This document shows, piece after piece, positions 50,401-62,379 of a stretch of 64,000 bases of DNA. A model generated the notes under the pieces. The model was given only the letters and a program-made list of their open reading frames with translations. It was not told the origin of the DNA and did not search any database. A program made the translations under genes and the position numbers. The stretch's first letter is position 1, and every line of letters begins with the position of its first letter. Origin of the DNA: Amoebophrya sp. A120 (taxonomy: Eukaryota > Protista > Dinoflagellata); contig CAJINV010000002.1 of the NCBI GenBank assembly GCA_905178155.1, forward strand, positions 6,974,743 to 7,038,742. Direction: 5' to 3'.

Positions 50401-53400
50401 ACCAGAACGGCTACTACAGCAGCAATACATCAACTCCTGGCAACTACGGGGGTTCTTTCTACGCAGAGTTTAATAACGGAGGCGCGACTAACAACCAGCT
50501 CCAGCACGGGGGTTCATGCAATTACTATGGGACTACAAATCAAGACCATGCTGGCTTCGGCGCGGCGTACGGGATCGGGCAGTCGATTAGCATGCGAACG
50601 GATCACTCGCATGTTCCCAGGCAGAACTTTGACAGCATGAACTACGGCACGACTTTTCCGCCCTCGAATTCTTTCAACCTGGATCTCCAGGCGCAACACA
50701 GTCCTTTGGATGAGCACCAGACCGGCGAGCAGTATAATGTGGGCCAGGAGGAGCAATTCGACTACGCTGCTGGTTGTGCCGCCACCGGGTCTGCGAAAAA
50801 AGAGCAGCCGAAATCCATTGACGAGTTAGTCACCGACATCATGTCGCCGCCGCCGGCGAAGAACAAAGGGGGTTTTGAAAAAGCGGAAGGAGTCCTCGCG
50901 GAAAAATCCGGGGAAGGCGGGGAGGATGAACAAGGTGCTTCAGTTTCTCTTGCGTACAAGTTGGCGCTGACGCACAATGAACAGGAAACTGCTTCTTTGG
51001 CGGGCCACCGCAATCGGAAGAACACCGACGGAACCGCCTCGCTCAACTCCGAGAACTGCACTCCCACCGGGACTGGCGAAATCAAGTACGAGCTGAGGAA
51101 TGGCCGAATGATGGCGGTTGACCGGGGCCACTATCGGGAACGAGAACGCGCCAGGGTCACAACCGGACGAGAAAAAGCTGCGGAGAGGAAGGAGCAGAAA
51201 GTTGATTGGGCGAGCAGCCAGGAGAGGGACCGTGGGGAGGACGAGACCGGGGTGTCGGAGGAGAAAGAGAAATTTGAGCACGATTGGGGTTCCTGGAAGA
51301 CCAAGCTCGATGGCTGGAAGCAGGGTAAGAAAGATGCTGACTGGACTTCTGGGAGCTGGAAGGATAGTGAAGACAAAGCCGCAACTTCTACCGCCGGTGC
51401 TGTTGGCCGCGACAACGAGAAACAGGAGCGGAAGGACACCTGGCAAGAAACCGCGAATGAGGATGAGGTCGATTGGAACACCGCGAAAGAGGCAGGGGTG
51501 AAGAAACAAGATGATTGGAAAAATGACAGCACGGCTGGTCGTCGTGACAACAAGGAGGTCAACGAGACGAATGAAGACTGGTGGGGCACCAGGTGGGAAA
51601 AGAAACCTTCCGATGAGCAGGGCAAAACAGCGACCGCGGAAAAACAAAAAGGCGATTGGGAGAAAGATTGGAACGTGAACGACGACACCACGAATAATGA
51701 CGGCGACAACACGAAATCCTCTTGGGCGTCAGACAAAAACAAGAAAACGACCTACGCCTGGGCCGAGGAGCAGAAGCTGGACGATGTCCAAGACAAGAAG
51801 GGCAAGGATAGCGGAAGGGATTGGTGGAAAAAGGATTATGGTGACTCATCCTCGTCTGCGGATAACGATACTACCAAGGCGGGCAAAAAGAAAGACAAGT
51901 GGTGGAAGGACGATAGTGGTGTTTGGCAGTGGGCGGGCGACGAACAAACGCAGGATGTCAGGTGGAAGATTGCTGAGAAAGAATACACCAAGGGCGACAC
52001 GACCTGCTTGATGAAGGCCGACCTGTACTCCACTGAGCAAGGTGCAGGTGAAGAAGAAAAAGTGCCGTCTTCTTCATCTGAAGATCACCAACCTGCTGAA
52101 GCTGAGACGAACCACTATGAGGGACAGCAGGTTTATTCCACCCCCGACGCCCGCCTCGTCGAAGAAAGTATCATCGACCCCGAGGCGGAGGCGGGCAATA
52201 GCACCACAACATCCAAAAAGTCAACTGCCGCTGCGGTCGTGAACATAACGCAGAACAACAAGCGGAACAAAAAACCCGTTTGCACCATCGACCCAAAATC
52301 GAAGAATAACACACAAATTGTCAGCAAGGAAGAGCTGAAAAACGACAGCGTGAAGATCAAATGGACCCCGAAGTTGAAGGAGACCGAGCACAACTACATC
52401 TTCAAACACTACTCCGATTTGGACCAGCAGCTCCCCGAGTGGCTGATCAACAACTTGAAACAGAAGTTCAACGAACCGATGCTGGTGCAGAAATACGCGT
52501 TGATTCCCGCTTTGTCCGGCGCGGACGTGACCGGTGTGGCGAAAACAGGCTCGGGGAAGACGGTCGCGTTTTTGATTCCGGGGCTGGTGTATCTGGAAAC
52601 GACCGGGTACAATCTGTATCACAGGAAAAAGTGTATAACGTTAACGGTTTTCATAGATTGCAAAAATGCATGACAAATTTTGCCTAGCATCAGCATGCAT
52701 GCTGTGCATGACAAATTTTGGCGCGTTTTGGGATGCGTATCTGCATCACGAATTCCGTTAACGTTAACACGACTTTTTCCTGTGATAACCTGTGGGACAT
52801 GGCGATGGTCTTGACCCCCACCCGGGAGCTGGCGCAACAGACCTGCCAGGTGTGCAAGCAGCTCGCCACGGGACCCAGATACAACGAAATGTACTTACAC
52901 TAAACCGATTTTTGCGAGAAACAATAGTGCTGTAGTTGCATGTCTTTTCATGTTTTTCGATTGGAGTTGTTTTTCACTTCCTGTTGCATTTTGAGAATGA
53001 AGATAACATCATCATCTCGACCTAATACGCACTTCCACTTGCAGCTGCAAACTTCCGAAACTAAATCAAACCCTATTAAAACAGTTGGCCCTGCCTCCTG
53101 GTGGGTGGCGAGAAGAAGAGCCGGCAGGGAGACGACTTAAAATGGTCCCGCTTCGTCATCGGCACGTGCGGCAGAGTGCGGGAATTCATGATCGAATCGC
53201 GGGAGTTAGACGTTTCCCGGTGCGGATTTCTAGCGATTGACGAAGCGGATAAAATGTTAGAGGACGGATTTCACGAAACCATCATCGAAATCTGTTCCCG
53301 GATCAAGGTCTCGAACCGGCAAACCATGTTCTTTTCCGCGACGTGGCCCCAGCACGTGGAGGGCTTGTCCCGGGCGATCTGCAACACGACGCCCTCGGCG

Positions 53401-55854
53401 AACAAAAAGAACGTCGGGAAGAACGCGCATTACCACGGATACAGCAGCTACAGGAACCAGAATTTTTCGGATTTTTCTCATGACAGCACTTCCAAAAATG
53501 CTGATCAGCACAACGACCAAGAACAAGATCAGCCACTACAGAAGCACTTGTTACTCAAGGTGGAGCAGGACGAGAATTCGGAACTCACCGTGGACGAACG
53601 GATCCAGCAGGAGGTGGTAGTTTGGACTGACCCACACTACGAGTACGAGGAGAAGAAGCGACAGCACATGATGAACTACATTTCCAAGGAGTTAGAGACT
53701 TACGGCCAGGACGCGAAGATCGTGGTTTTTATGAACGCGAAGAAGGACGTGGAGCTGGTAAAGCAGATGCTTATCGAGGAGTACAACGTGGACGTGGAGG
53801 ATGATTCGGACATTGAAATCGAAGAGGCAAACTGCCACGAGGGATTCGCGCAAAATAAAACCAATGATCTCGAGTTGGTGGATATTAACAGCGGTGGCCG
53901 GCGCAAGGAGGTTTTTCCGGCAGTCCACTTACCGGCGGTGGATAAAAACATGGTTGCAGACGAAAACGACGCTGCTGATGTAGTTGTCCCGGTGGTTGCT
54001 GAAGAAGATGTGAAGAAAGAAGCGCCGCCGGCCGCTCCTGTTGATGCGAGCTACGACATCGAGGCACTAAAGTGCGACTCCCCCTCTCCGGTTTTGGTCG
54101 AAGAGCCGGAAGAAGATGGTGACTCGGACGAGCAGGCTGAGAAACACGTGGTGGATTCTGGAAATAACGAAGGCCGATCTGTTTCATCTTCTACAGCAAA
54201 AGACTACAAGCCAGATGATGGTGATGGCCGCGAGCAAGGCCCCGGCGCTGCTAGCGATGATGCAGTTGCCCCGTCCAGAAGCTGCCCCAATAACGAAGAC
54301 GAACTACAGTCTGAAGTCTGCAAGACCGTGACGGACGTGGTGACGCAATCGCAGAAATCGTTGCAAAACTCCGCTGGGATTGTACATACGCCTGTTTCTG
54401 CGAAATCCTCGCTAAAGAACAGTGTTTCCACTGCGCAGCAGGACATGAATATGGAAGCACCCTGCTTGAATTCCTCCGCTGCCGGCCACCAACAAGAAAC
54501 GGACCAGAAGGCAGCTCGGGCCAAAGATGGTGATGCTGATAATGATGAAACTTCTGTTCTTGCCGCTTCCGCATATGACTATCCGCCAAGAAAAACGTGC
54601 ATCAGCAACAAATCGAAGAAGATGCAGATTGTCTCGATGACGGGCGACATGAAACACTACGAAAGAAAGGAATCCCTGGAGAAGTTCAAGAAAAAAAGGC
54701 ACTGCCAGATCATGGTCGCGACGGACTTGATCGCGCGCGGCTTGGACGTGCCGACGGTTACCCACGTCATCATCTACGAGTTCCAAACATTGGACAACTA
54801 CGTCCACCGAATCGGGCGTACCTGCCGCGGCCGCAATGAGCTATCTTCATCTACGGGAGGAGGAGGTAGTTTGTCTGGGAAAAGTTCTCTGACCAGCTCC
54901 CCAACAACGACACACCAGGATGTCGAGGTTGGGAGTTTGAACGGAACTAGTACGCAGTTGAACAACGTGAAGAACGGCAGTCCCGGTGCGGTGTCTCTCT
55001 GTAGTAGTTTGTCGACAAGGAATATCAACTTGCAACAGCAGCAGCAAGAAATCCAAATCAAAGACGGTGCTTCGAAAATCAACATCGACGGTGCGACAAC
55101 TTCTGCAAGCCATCAGCTGATACTGACGGCCACCAAGCGGGAGAAGCTATGGCGTTCTCAAATGTTACAATCTCAACTGTTACATGATTTGTCATGCAAA
55201 ATGACCATGATCCGCAAGACGATCAAGCTGCTTCGCATGACAAATCATCGAATGGCTAAACAGCATCTAAATCCGTGCCAAATTTGTGATGCAAGACTTG
55301 CAAGCTTTCCCCTTTCCCTATTGCTGGTTTTGCATGACAAATCCATGTAACACTAAACAGTTGAGAATGTAACAGTTGAGAACGCCATAGAAGGTTTCCA
55401 AAGCTTTGATCTACTTCCAGCACTATGACAAGTACCCGGAAAACGCTGGGAAGTTGAAAAACATGCTGGCCCAGGCGAAGCAGCCGGTACCGGAGGATCT
55501 GGAAAAATTGGCGAAGGAGCACGAGTATCCTGTGCACAAGTATCGTACTCGTGCTTGCGTATGCATTTGCAATATTGGATTAGCAAATCTTTTCTTCTTT
55601 TCGGAAAAGCAAAAGTCTATTGTAATGCAATGTCTACAACTAGTAGAAGTGGAACTAGGTGCGATAGAAGCGATACTTTTGAAATTCATAGCGAATCCTC
55701 GACGGGCTCGAGGAACAAATCCCGGTTTCAGATTTGGTGGGAACGCGAGGTGGTGGCGAAGTTTGCGAAGAACTGCGAGGAGGGCCTGTCGTTCTGGGAC
55801 CTGTACGACTTGGATGCGGAGGGACATGTGACGTTCACCGGGAATTCGTATTGA
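47434..55854 (+). CDS. DEAD-box RNA helicase (DBP2/DDX5-like core) with a very long N-terminal extension
   Basis: AKTGSGKT, PTRELA, GG, TCGR, DEAD, SAT, ATDLIARGLD, HRIGRT, and C-terminal LAQAKQPVPEDL. Introns: 49096, 52617, 52891-53084 (GT-AG), 55148, 55526. Linkage of 47434-48950 to the rest is unresolved. Confidence 0.8.
49096..49207. mobile_element. Introner-like TIR intron (flanking Gs give GT-AG)
   Basis: TATCCACAGAAAAAAAACCATCCACATCC vs revcomp TATCCACAGAAAAAAACCCATCCGCATCC; DR GGAGG/GGAAG. Confidence 0.9.
52617..52787. mobile_element. Introner-like TIR intron
   Basis: TATCACAGGAAAAAGT...TAACGTTAACGG inverted at both ends; DR ATCTG/ACCTG; join GYNL|WDMAMVLTPTRELA. Confidence 0.9.
55148..55389. 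mobile_element. Introner-like TIR intron (ATCTCAAATGTTACA family)
   Basis: TATGGCGTTCTCAAATGTTACAATCTCAACTGTT vs revcomp with 2 mismatches; DR GAAGC/GAAGG; in-frame join. Confidence 0.9.
55526..55690. mobile_element. Introner-like TIR intron, same family as 36122 and 62959 but in reverse orientation
   Basis: Starts TATCCTGTGCACAAGTATCGTACTCG, ends CGATACTTTTGAAATTCATA; DR ACGAG/GCGAA; in frame with the last exon. Confidence 0.7.
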
Positions 55855-58800
55855 GATCATATTGAAACCGAGATGGGATTTACATTTGGCAGAACAGCAG
55901 GCATGCGATGATGTTGTGGCTGTGGTTGAAGACGCAAGGTGTGGATGATCGAGAGAATTTATTACATCACATGGGCATCGGCATCGCCTGCATTTTAGAT
56001 TTTCCAATTTTCTATCTAGTGTAATAGTGATTTACTCTTTATGGTGTTGCCGTAGTCATATGTTGGGGAAGGGGAATACATTAATGTGATAGACCGGCAA
56101 TAGTGTACTCGCCTCCCTTCGATAGGTGCTTCGAGTTGGAAATCACGAAGCCGTCAAATAAATGAAACGGCGAGTCTAAGTCATTCTTACTTTTACGATT
56201 CAAAACTTTCTACAATTTTTTTTTTTTGATTCAGAACATGATGTCTTTCTGACCGTTGGCTTGTTGTAGTTAAGCGAACGGCAGCGACCATAAATTTTGC
56301 AGTATTTTTGTCTCCGCCGAGACGAACACACGCAGCTAGCACAGCTTGTGCCTAGTATAATTCTGTTCTACAGAGCACCTCCAGACCACTTAGGCGACGT
56401 GGGCCCATTTTCAAAAACAAACAGATTTGGCCTCTAAAAGTGTCTATGTAGTCTTCACAACTTCAGTGTCGATTATTTACCACGAAGGACATACTTCTAA
56501 AGTTCAGCTGCGCTTCTCTTACTCTTTCTCATCTTCAAATGAATGCAATAAAGAATATACCTGCTTGATGCATCGGCGAAGGCAAGGCTTTTGACAAACT
56601 TCCCTGACGAAATGTTGCAGTTGCCAGCGATAAAAGTAGAACAGATCAGTTGAGACCTTGGAATTGAAACACGCCCACGCTTATGCTTGCCATTATTTGC
56701 ACGCGCAACGTCAGCCACGCGATCGAATCTTTCGTGGCGTTTTGTGTTGCTTGTCGCTCGTGTGCGTCTAGCCAGGACTCTTGAGCGTGTTGACGATGAA
56801 GCTTGTTGCTACTCGCGTTCATCGCGCCAGAATTCAGGCGCCACCTGTCGCGCACCGGGCGCCATGCCCGGACAGACGAAGCTTGGGGCGGCGGTAGTTG
56901 GCGTCGCGATGGGAACCGTCGCCCCGGTGGCGATGCGGTAGCACCTAGAAAGAGGAGGCGGGCCGGCCGACGTATGCGAGGAGGCTTGCTTGGGGCATGT
57001 GAACGCCCGCGCGGAGCCACGCGCGAGGCCGGCCACGCCTTGTGCTGGCAGGCTGCCGCGCCGGTTGGGGGGGGGGGGGGGTGCGACTGGAATCCCAGCC
57101 GGGGGTGGCCCCGGCGTGCAAAACAGGGCCCGGCGCCCGCGGCAAAAGTGGCCCGCCGGGGCATTGTGTGGCGCACCCACGCGCCGCGGACCGGCCCCGG
57201 GCGGCTTACCGCCGGCGCGCGATCCGCGCCAGGATTTCGATTTCCCCCCCTCTATTCTTTTCCGCAGTTGTTTGGCTCTAGTATGTTAACAGTCACGGGC
57301 AATGTTTTAGTTTGAGCTGGGCCCCTCAGTCAGTTCCAGATCAGTGCCAACCTTTGGACGCCAACGCAGGAAATTTGTCTCCTATGCCTACCGAGGCCAC
57401 ACGCCGGCAGCATGTGGCCTAAGCAGCACGCGGCCTAAGCAGCATGTGGCTGGGGCCGGAGGGGGGGGCGATTGGAATCCGAATCCCAGGCCCGAGCGGC
57501 AACGGCGCCCGCGCACCCACAAGCCACGTTCCTGGCCGCCCCCCACGCGGACAAACCGACGGCGGAGAAAAACTGGCCTGCTCCCGCAAGCCAGCGAGCT
57601 GAGCTCGGCAGCAAAGCCGCGCGCTGTTTTCTGCCAACATGAGCCGCAGGCGAACAGCCGTCATGGGCAGCGGCGCGCGGGCGCGGGTGCTGCAGCTGGC
57701 AGAAGCTCGAGCGCCGGCGATGCAGCCAGGCACCGCACGGCAGCAGCAGCAACACAACAGAAAGACGCAGCAGATTGAAAAACCGCAGAGCGCGCGGCGG
57801 CTTGCAATTAGCCGGCCCGGGCGGCAGGCTGAACGGCGGCGGCGGTGGAAATAATCAAGGCGGGGGAGTTGCCAGCACGCCGGACGGCCGAGAATTCGGC
57901 GAGCGCAGGCGCGCGAGAGCCAGGCGGTTGCTGTGTGTGCGAAAAACAATGCGCGGCGCCCGCAGGGACTGCCCTCCTGGGGCGTTGTGTGGCGCGCACG
58001 TAGCGGGCAGGCCGCTGCATTCGGGCGCGTGTGGGCGTGTGGCTTGGGTCCTCGTGACCTGCCGCCGCGCCGCCGGTGCTAGTTTGTACGTTCCCAGAAA
58101 AAAACACCTGCGCCGCACTTTGCCGGGCCGCGCCGCCGCCGCTTTGGTTCGTTCTTAGTTACCCGCGCCCGCCGGCCGCCGCCTTGGCGCGACTGCCGCC
58201 GGGCCCCTTCTCGCCCCCTTTGCCGCCCGGCCGGAGGGCCCCCCCGCCGCCCCCCCGCCCCCCGAACTTGCCCGGCGCTGCCCCGTCGACACGTGCCGGC
58301 CCCAATCAGTTACTTACCTATCGAGCACTCCCGCGCGCGCAGTTGGCGGCGGCGCAGGAGAGGGGGGCGGTGGCGCGTTGGCTTTCCGGGCGGCGCCGCA
58401 TCGCACAGGGTCTCCCCTCCCTTTTGGCCCGTTGCCTTTGGCCTGCCTGGCAGGCAGGCTGAAAGTTTGCCTCGCCCCCGTCTTTGGTGGGTGGCGCGCG
58501 CGCGTGGCTCCTGGCCCTGGGCCCCGTTTCGGCCGGGGCCGCCGCGGCAGCCAGCCTTATGCACGCTCGTCCTCCTCTGCCTTTATGTTTGCACGCAGGC
58601 AAGCTTTGGACGCTCCGGTCTTGTCGGCGCCCCTTTGTTATCATTATCTTCTTCACCGGCCGCGGACGTAACGTGGGAAGCTATTCTTGACGGTGCTGCG
58701 GCGCATGCCTTCTCTGGTATGTCCCTCCGGGTCGTCACGCGTTCTTTGTTTTCCAAACGAAAGTCATGTAGCATGATGATGTGCGTTTCCCTTTATCATT

Positions 58801-59531
58801 GGCTATCTTGCCCCTTGGTAGTAGTTTTTGATGTTACTTCGAAGTACTTTTAGGGGCCGGAGAGGGAGTACCACAGGAGGTAGCAATCGTGACGCGCCGC
58901 CGTCTTCTGGGGCCTGTATCTGAAAGAAGCGTTTGCAAATTCCGACTGTTGTTCGTGTTGTAAAATAAGTCGTCGAAATCTCAAGAGTCGTTGTTCGTTA
59001 TATTTCATAGATTCAACAACTAAAGGGCAACATCTTCTGCAAGGCTGTTGATGACTAATATGACTCTTGTGGTTGTCAAGGAAATGCAAGGGTCATCTTC
59101 GTCTATGTCTTGTCGTTGTGGTCTTCTCCTTCTCGTCGACGTGTCTGTTCGTAGTCGAAGACTTGGGCGCCAAGTGGCCAAATAAGAACTGAAAATGGAA
59201 ATCCAATAGCGTATCTTTACATAGAAACAAGCTGGTCTCATCCTCGTTTTGGTTTTGATTACTTACTAGTACGTCGTGGAGGGAAATCATGCGAAGAAGC
59301 CCCATTCATCATTTATTCACAAATACGCCCCAGACTGCAGCAGATTTTTTTGTGTTTGGAAATCAGCAGGGCATTACCAAAAAAGGGGCTGAAACGCGGG
59401 GAACAGTAATAGTAGGCTTTTGCTATTAATACCTCGGTAATTACGTGTATCTGCTCCTCACAAAGCAGATTTCAAAAATTTCAATCACTACCAATAAAGT
59501 AGTTCTCGTCCCCGAAAAAAAGAAAGTCATC

Positions 59532-61753
59532 ATGCCCGCAGCGGACGACGATATTGATCCGACGCACCACGGTGGTATCACCGTAGAGGTCGAGCGATGC
59601 AGGGATTGCGGCAATCACCAGTGGTGCAGCAACCACCGCGAGGAGCAGTACGAAGAATACGAGGAGAAAGTCAAATCTGCAATTCTGACGAAATTGGCCG
59701 GCGGTCCCGACATCCGGATCGAGGTGAACCCCGGTCCGAAGGCGATCGGTATGTGTAGATTTTGCTTTTTTCCTAATCGAAGTTTGTGATGCGAGAAATC
59801 GAGGAGGCAAGCGAAGCTGCCATTTTCATTTTGAGTAACAGGCGGAACCAAAAAAAGAAATGACGCGCCGTCCTTACATCATTCTGTTCTCCTCGCGCCA
59901 GGTATGGACGTCCGCGAGTCGCAGCACAAGAAGGGTTTTTTCCAAGCGATGGTGAAGAACCCGATTAACAACAAGTACCTTCCGGACGTGTCCTTCTGTT
60001 ACCCCCGGATCGGTTCCTTCGAGGTCACGGTGATGCGCGGGGGCGTCAGGAACAACCCGACGAGGTCCATTGTCTTCAGCAAGTTAAAGGCGAAGCGGTG
60101 GCCGAACCCGGAGTGGGTCGCGGAAAAGGTGGTGGAGGTGGTGAACAACAAACTCGGCGGCTTCGGACCGGACAGCTCGCTTGCCATGTCGCCAAACCTG
60201 AACAAGAGGTTGCCGAAGACGACCGAAGAGCTGATCAAATACGTGATGGAGAAGTACTTCTCCATGCTGTCTGCCTTCCGCGAGTACGACGGCAACAGCG
60301 ACGGGCTGTTGACGAAAACCGAGTTCGTGGACGCGCTGCGGTCCTGCGGGCTGGAGCAATTGACGAAGGGGGAGATCGCGAAGTTGTGGCAGATGGCGGA
60401 CGGCAAGACAGAGGTCGATTTAGCGACCGGGGAGCTTGTGTCGAAGATGTCGCACCGGCACTTTGGCCGCGTGTTTGAGCGGTTTCTGCCGCACCACGAG
60501 CATTTTGTCGGGTTGAGTCCGAAATCCTTGAAGTCGACGAGAACACCCGGTGGCATGGGAGGAAGCTCGTCCCCAAGCACAAGGAAAAATTCAGGTACAT
60601 CACGAGCGAACGACTTATTTGGATTTTTTGTGTTGCACGATTATAATTATCTTAGAGATTGACCCGCTCCATCTTTTATCTCTTTGGGTTGTTTTCGCAT
60701 ATCGATGTCGTATCCTGTTCCCCGATCATCAAATTCAAAACCACATTATCAATATCTAACACCAGACGGCATCCTCGGGCAAGAGGGGGCTCACGCCCAG
60801 GACCTGATTGACGACGTGGTGCTCGGTTCGCACCCACTGAGCCCGAAGAACTCCCGGCCGAGCAGCCCGAAAATCGTCCGTCGCGGGAGCAGCAACTCCA
60901 GAGCCTCACTGGCGGGCCACAAGCCGTCGATTTCCCAGTTGTCCCGAATGAAAGAAGTGCAGGACATGCCGCTGGAGCAGTGCACGCCGGACTTGATTTA
61001 TCCCACGAAAAAAGTGTTACAGTTACACATTTGTTGTCAATTCAGCAGCACAAATTTCTCTGCATGAGAGAAAACTTGCAATGCAGAAATCCTAAGGGAA
61101 AACGCCTATGAAACTACGAAGCTCCTATGCATATCCGACATGACAGAGCTGGTCTGTCTTGCTTGGCCTGCAACACAATGTGTAACTGTAGCACTTTTTT
61201 TCTTGCGATATGATTCGGGCGAAGATTTTGGCGAGAACGGGGTCGTTGACGAACGCGTTCAAGCAATTTGACGAGAACGGGGACGTATGAACTGCAAAAG
61301 TGTCTGGGTCTGGATGAAGAATGCAGGTGTGTCATGCTTGTCTGGCATGACTTGAGAATTTGTGTTGCATAGGCACGAAAAGGCCTTCTTACCTGTCATG
61401 CAAAAACGCAGTTTGCCATGCGGAATACGTAAGACATGGCAGCCAAAAAATTTGTCATGCATAGCTCCGTATTGCAGTGCGTCTATCATTCACTTTTAGC
61501 ATTACAAGTTTCCAGACCCAGACATATTTGCAATGCATAGGACGGACAGATCAACGCGGACGAGTTTGAAAGGCGGATGCCGTTTGTGCTGGGGGTGAAA
61601 TCCGTGCCAGACCGGGTCATGGAGGACTTGTTCGAAACCTTCGACAAGGATTTGTCGGGCAAGATCGAACTGAACGAGTTCCTGTCCGAAGAGTGCTTCA
61701 CCGACGCGCACGCACTGCAGCAGAAGTTTCTGCAGCAGTTTGTCATGTCGTAA
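59532..61753 (+). CDS. Rdx (SelT/SelW/SelH-like) domain plus EF-hand protein, 5 exons
   Basis: EVERCRDC, PRIGSFEV, VFSKLKAKRWPN; EF loops DGNSDGLLTKTE, DENGDGQINADE, DKDLSGKIELNE; GT-AG introns 59749-59901 and 60595-60765 plus two TIR introns. Confidence 0.8.
60999..61210. mobile_element. Introner-like TIR intron
   Basis: TATCCCACGAAAAAAGTGTTACAGTTACACATTTGTTG vs revcomp TATCGCAAGAAAAAAAGTGCTACAGTTACACATTGTGTTG; perfect DR TGATT. Confidence 0.9.
61286..61539. mobile_element. Introner-like TIR intron (GTCTGGGTCTGGA family) inside an EF-hand loop
   Basis: 29-bp TIR, 25/29 matching; perfect DR GGACG. Confidence 0.9.
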
Positions 61754-62379
61754 CAACGCCGCGTAAGGAAGATAACCATTGGTCTTGTGATGTGCCAGAA
61801 GTTCTTCAGAGTATGCTCGTCGTGCTCTTTCCGCAGGTTGTCGCGGAGGTCAGCTTGACAGATTGACTTCATAGATGACAGTTTGACTTTACGTTTGCTG
61901 CTTCAATGAGTTTCAATTTTAGCATTAGCAATGTTAGATTTGGTATAGCTTGTCACAATTTCACTTTCACACAGCCTTTTTGTCGTTTCGCAATCATCGT
62001 AGGTATGTCGTAGAATTTTTCACTTTTTCTGGTAGATTTTGCACAAACAAATTTCAATTTACACTTTTATCAACAGTTGGCATCCGTTTCGTTCGAGGAG
62101 TAAAAAAACTGGTTTGTAAAATATGCATATTGGCGCACTTGAATTTAGATTTACATTAGACAAAGAAATCCACTTCAACAGTTTTCTCTATTGGGCTTGT
62201 TGTTTCAGATGAGATTATCTTCATCATGTATACCATTGAACAAAAACTTCGAAAACAATCTTCACTGGAGCTGTGTACGTAACCAGCAAGGCAGCTTGCT
62301 CGCCTCTCCGCACGCAACTAGGTGTTTGCTTTTTGATGTCAGTACTGGAAGGATCAGATAGCTGGTCATACGAATCCGG

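Noticed and set aside
48974-51742. Long minus-strand ORFs opposite the helicase and other genes
   Set aside because: Antisense shadows (S/F/L-rich) of E/K-rich + strand coding sequence
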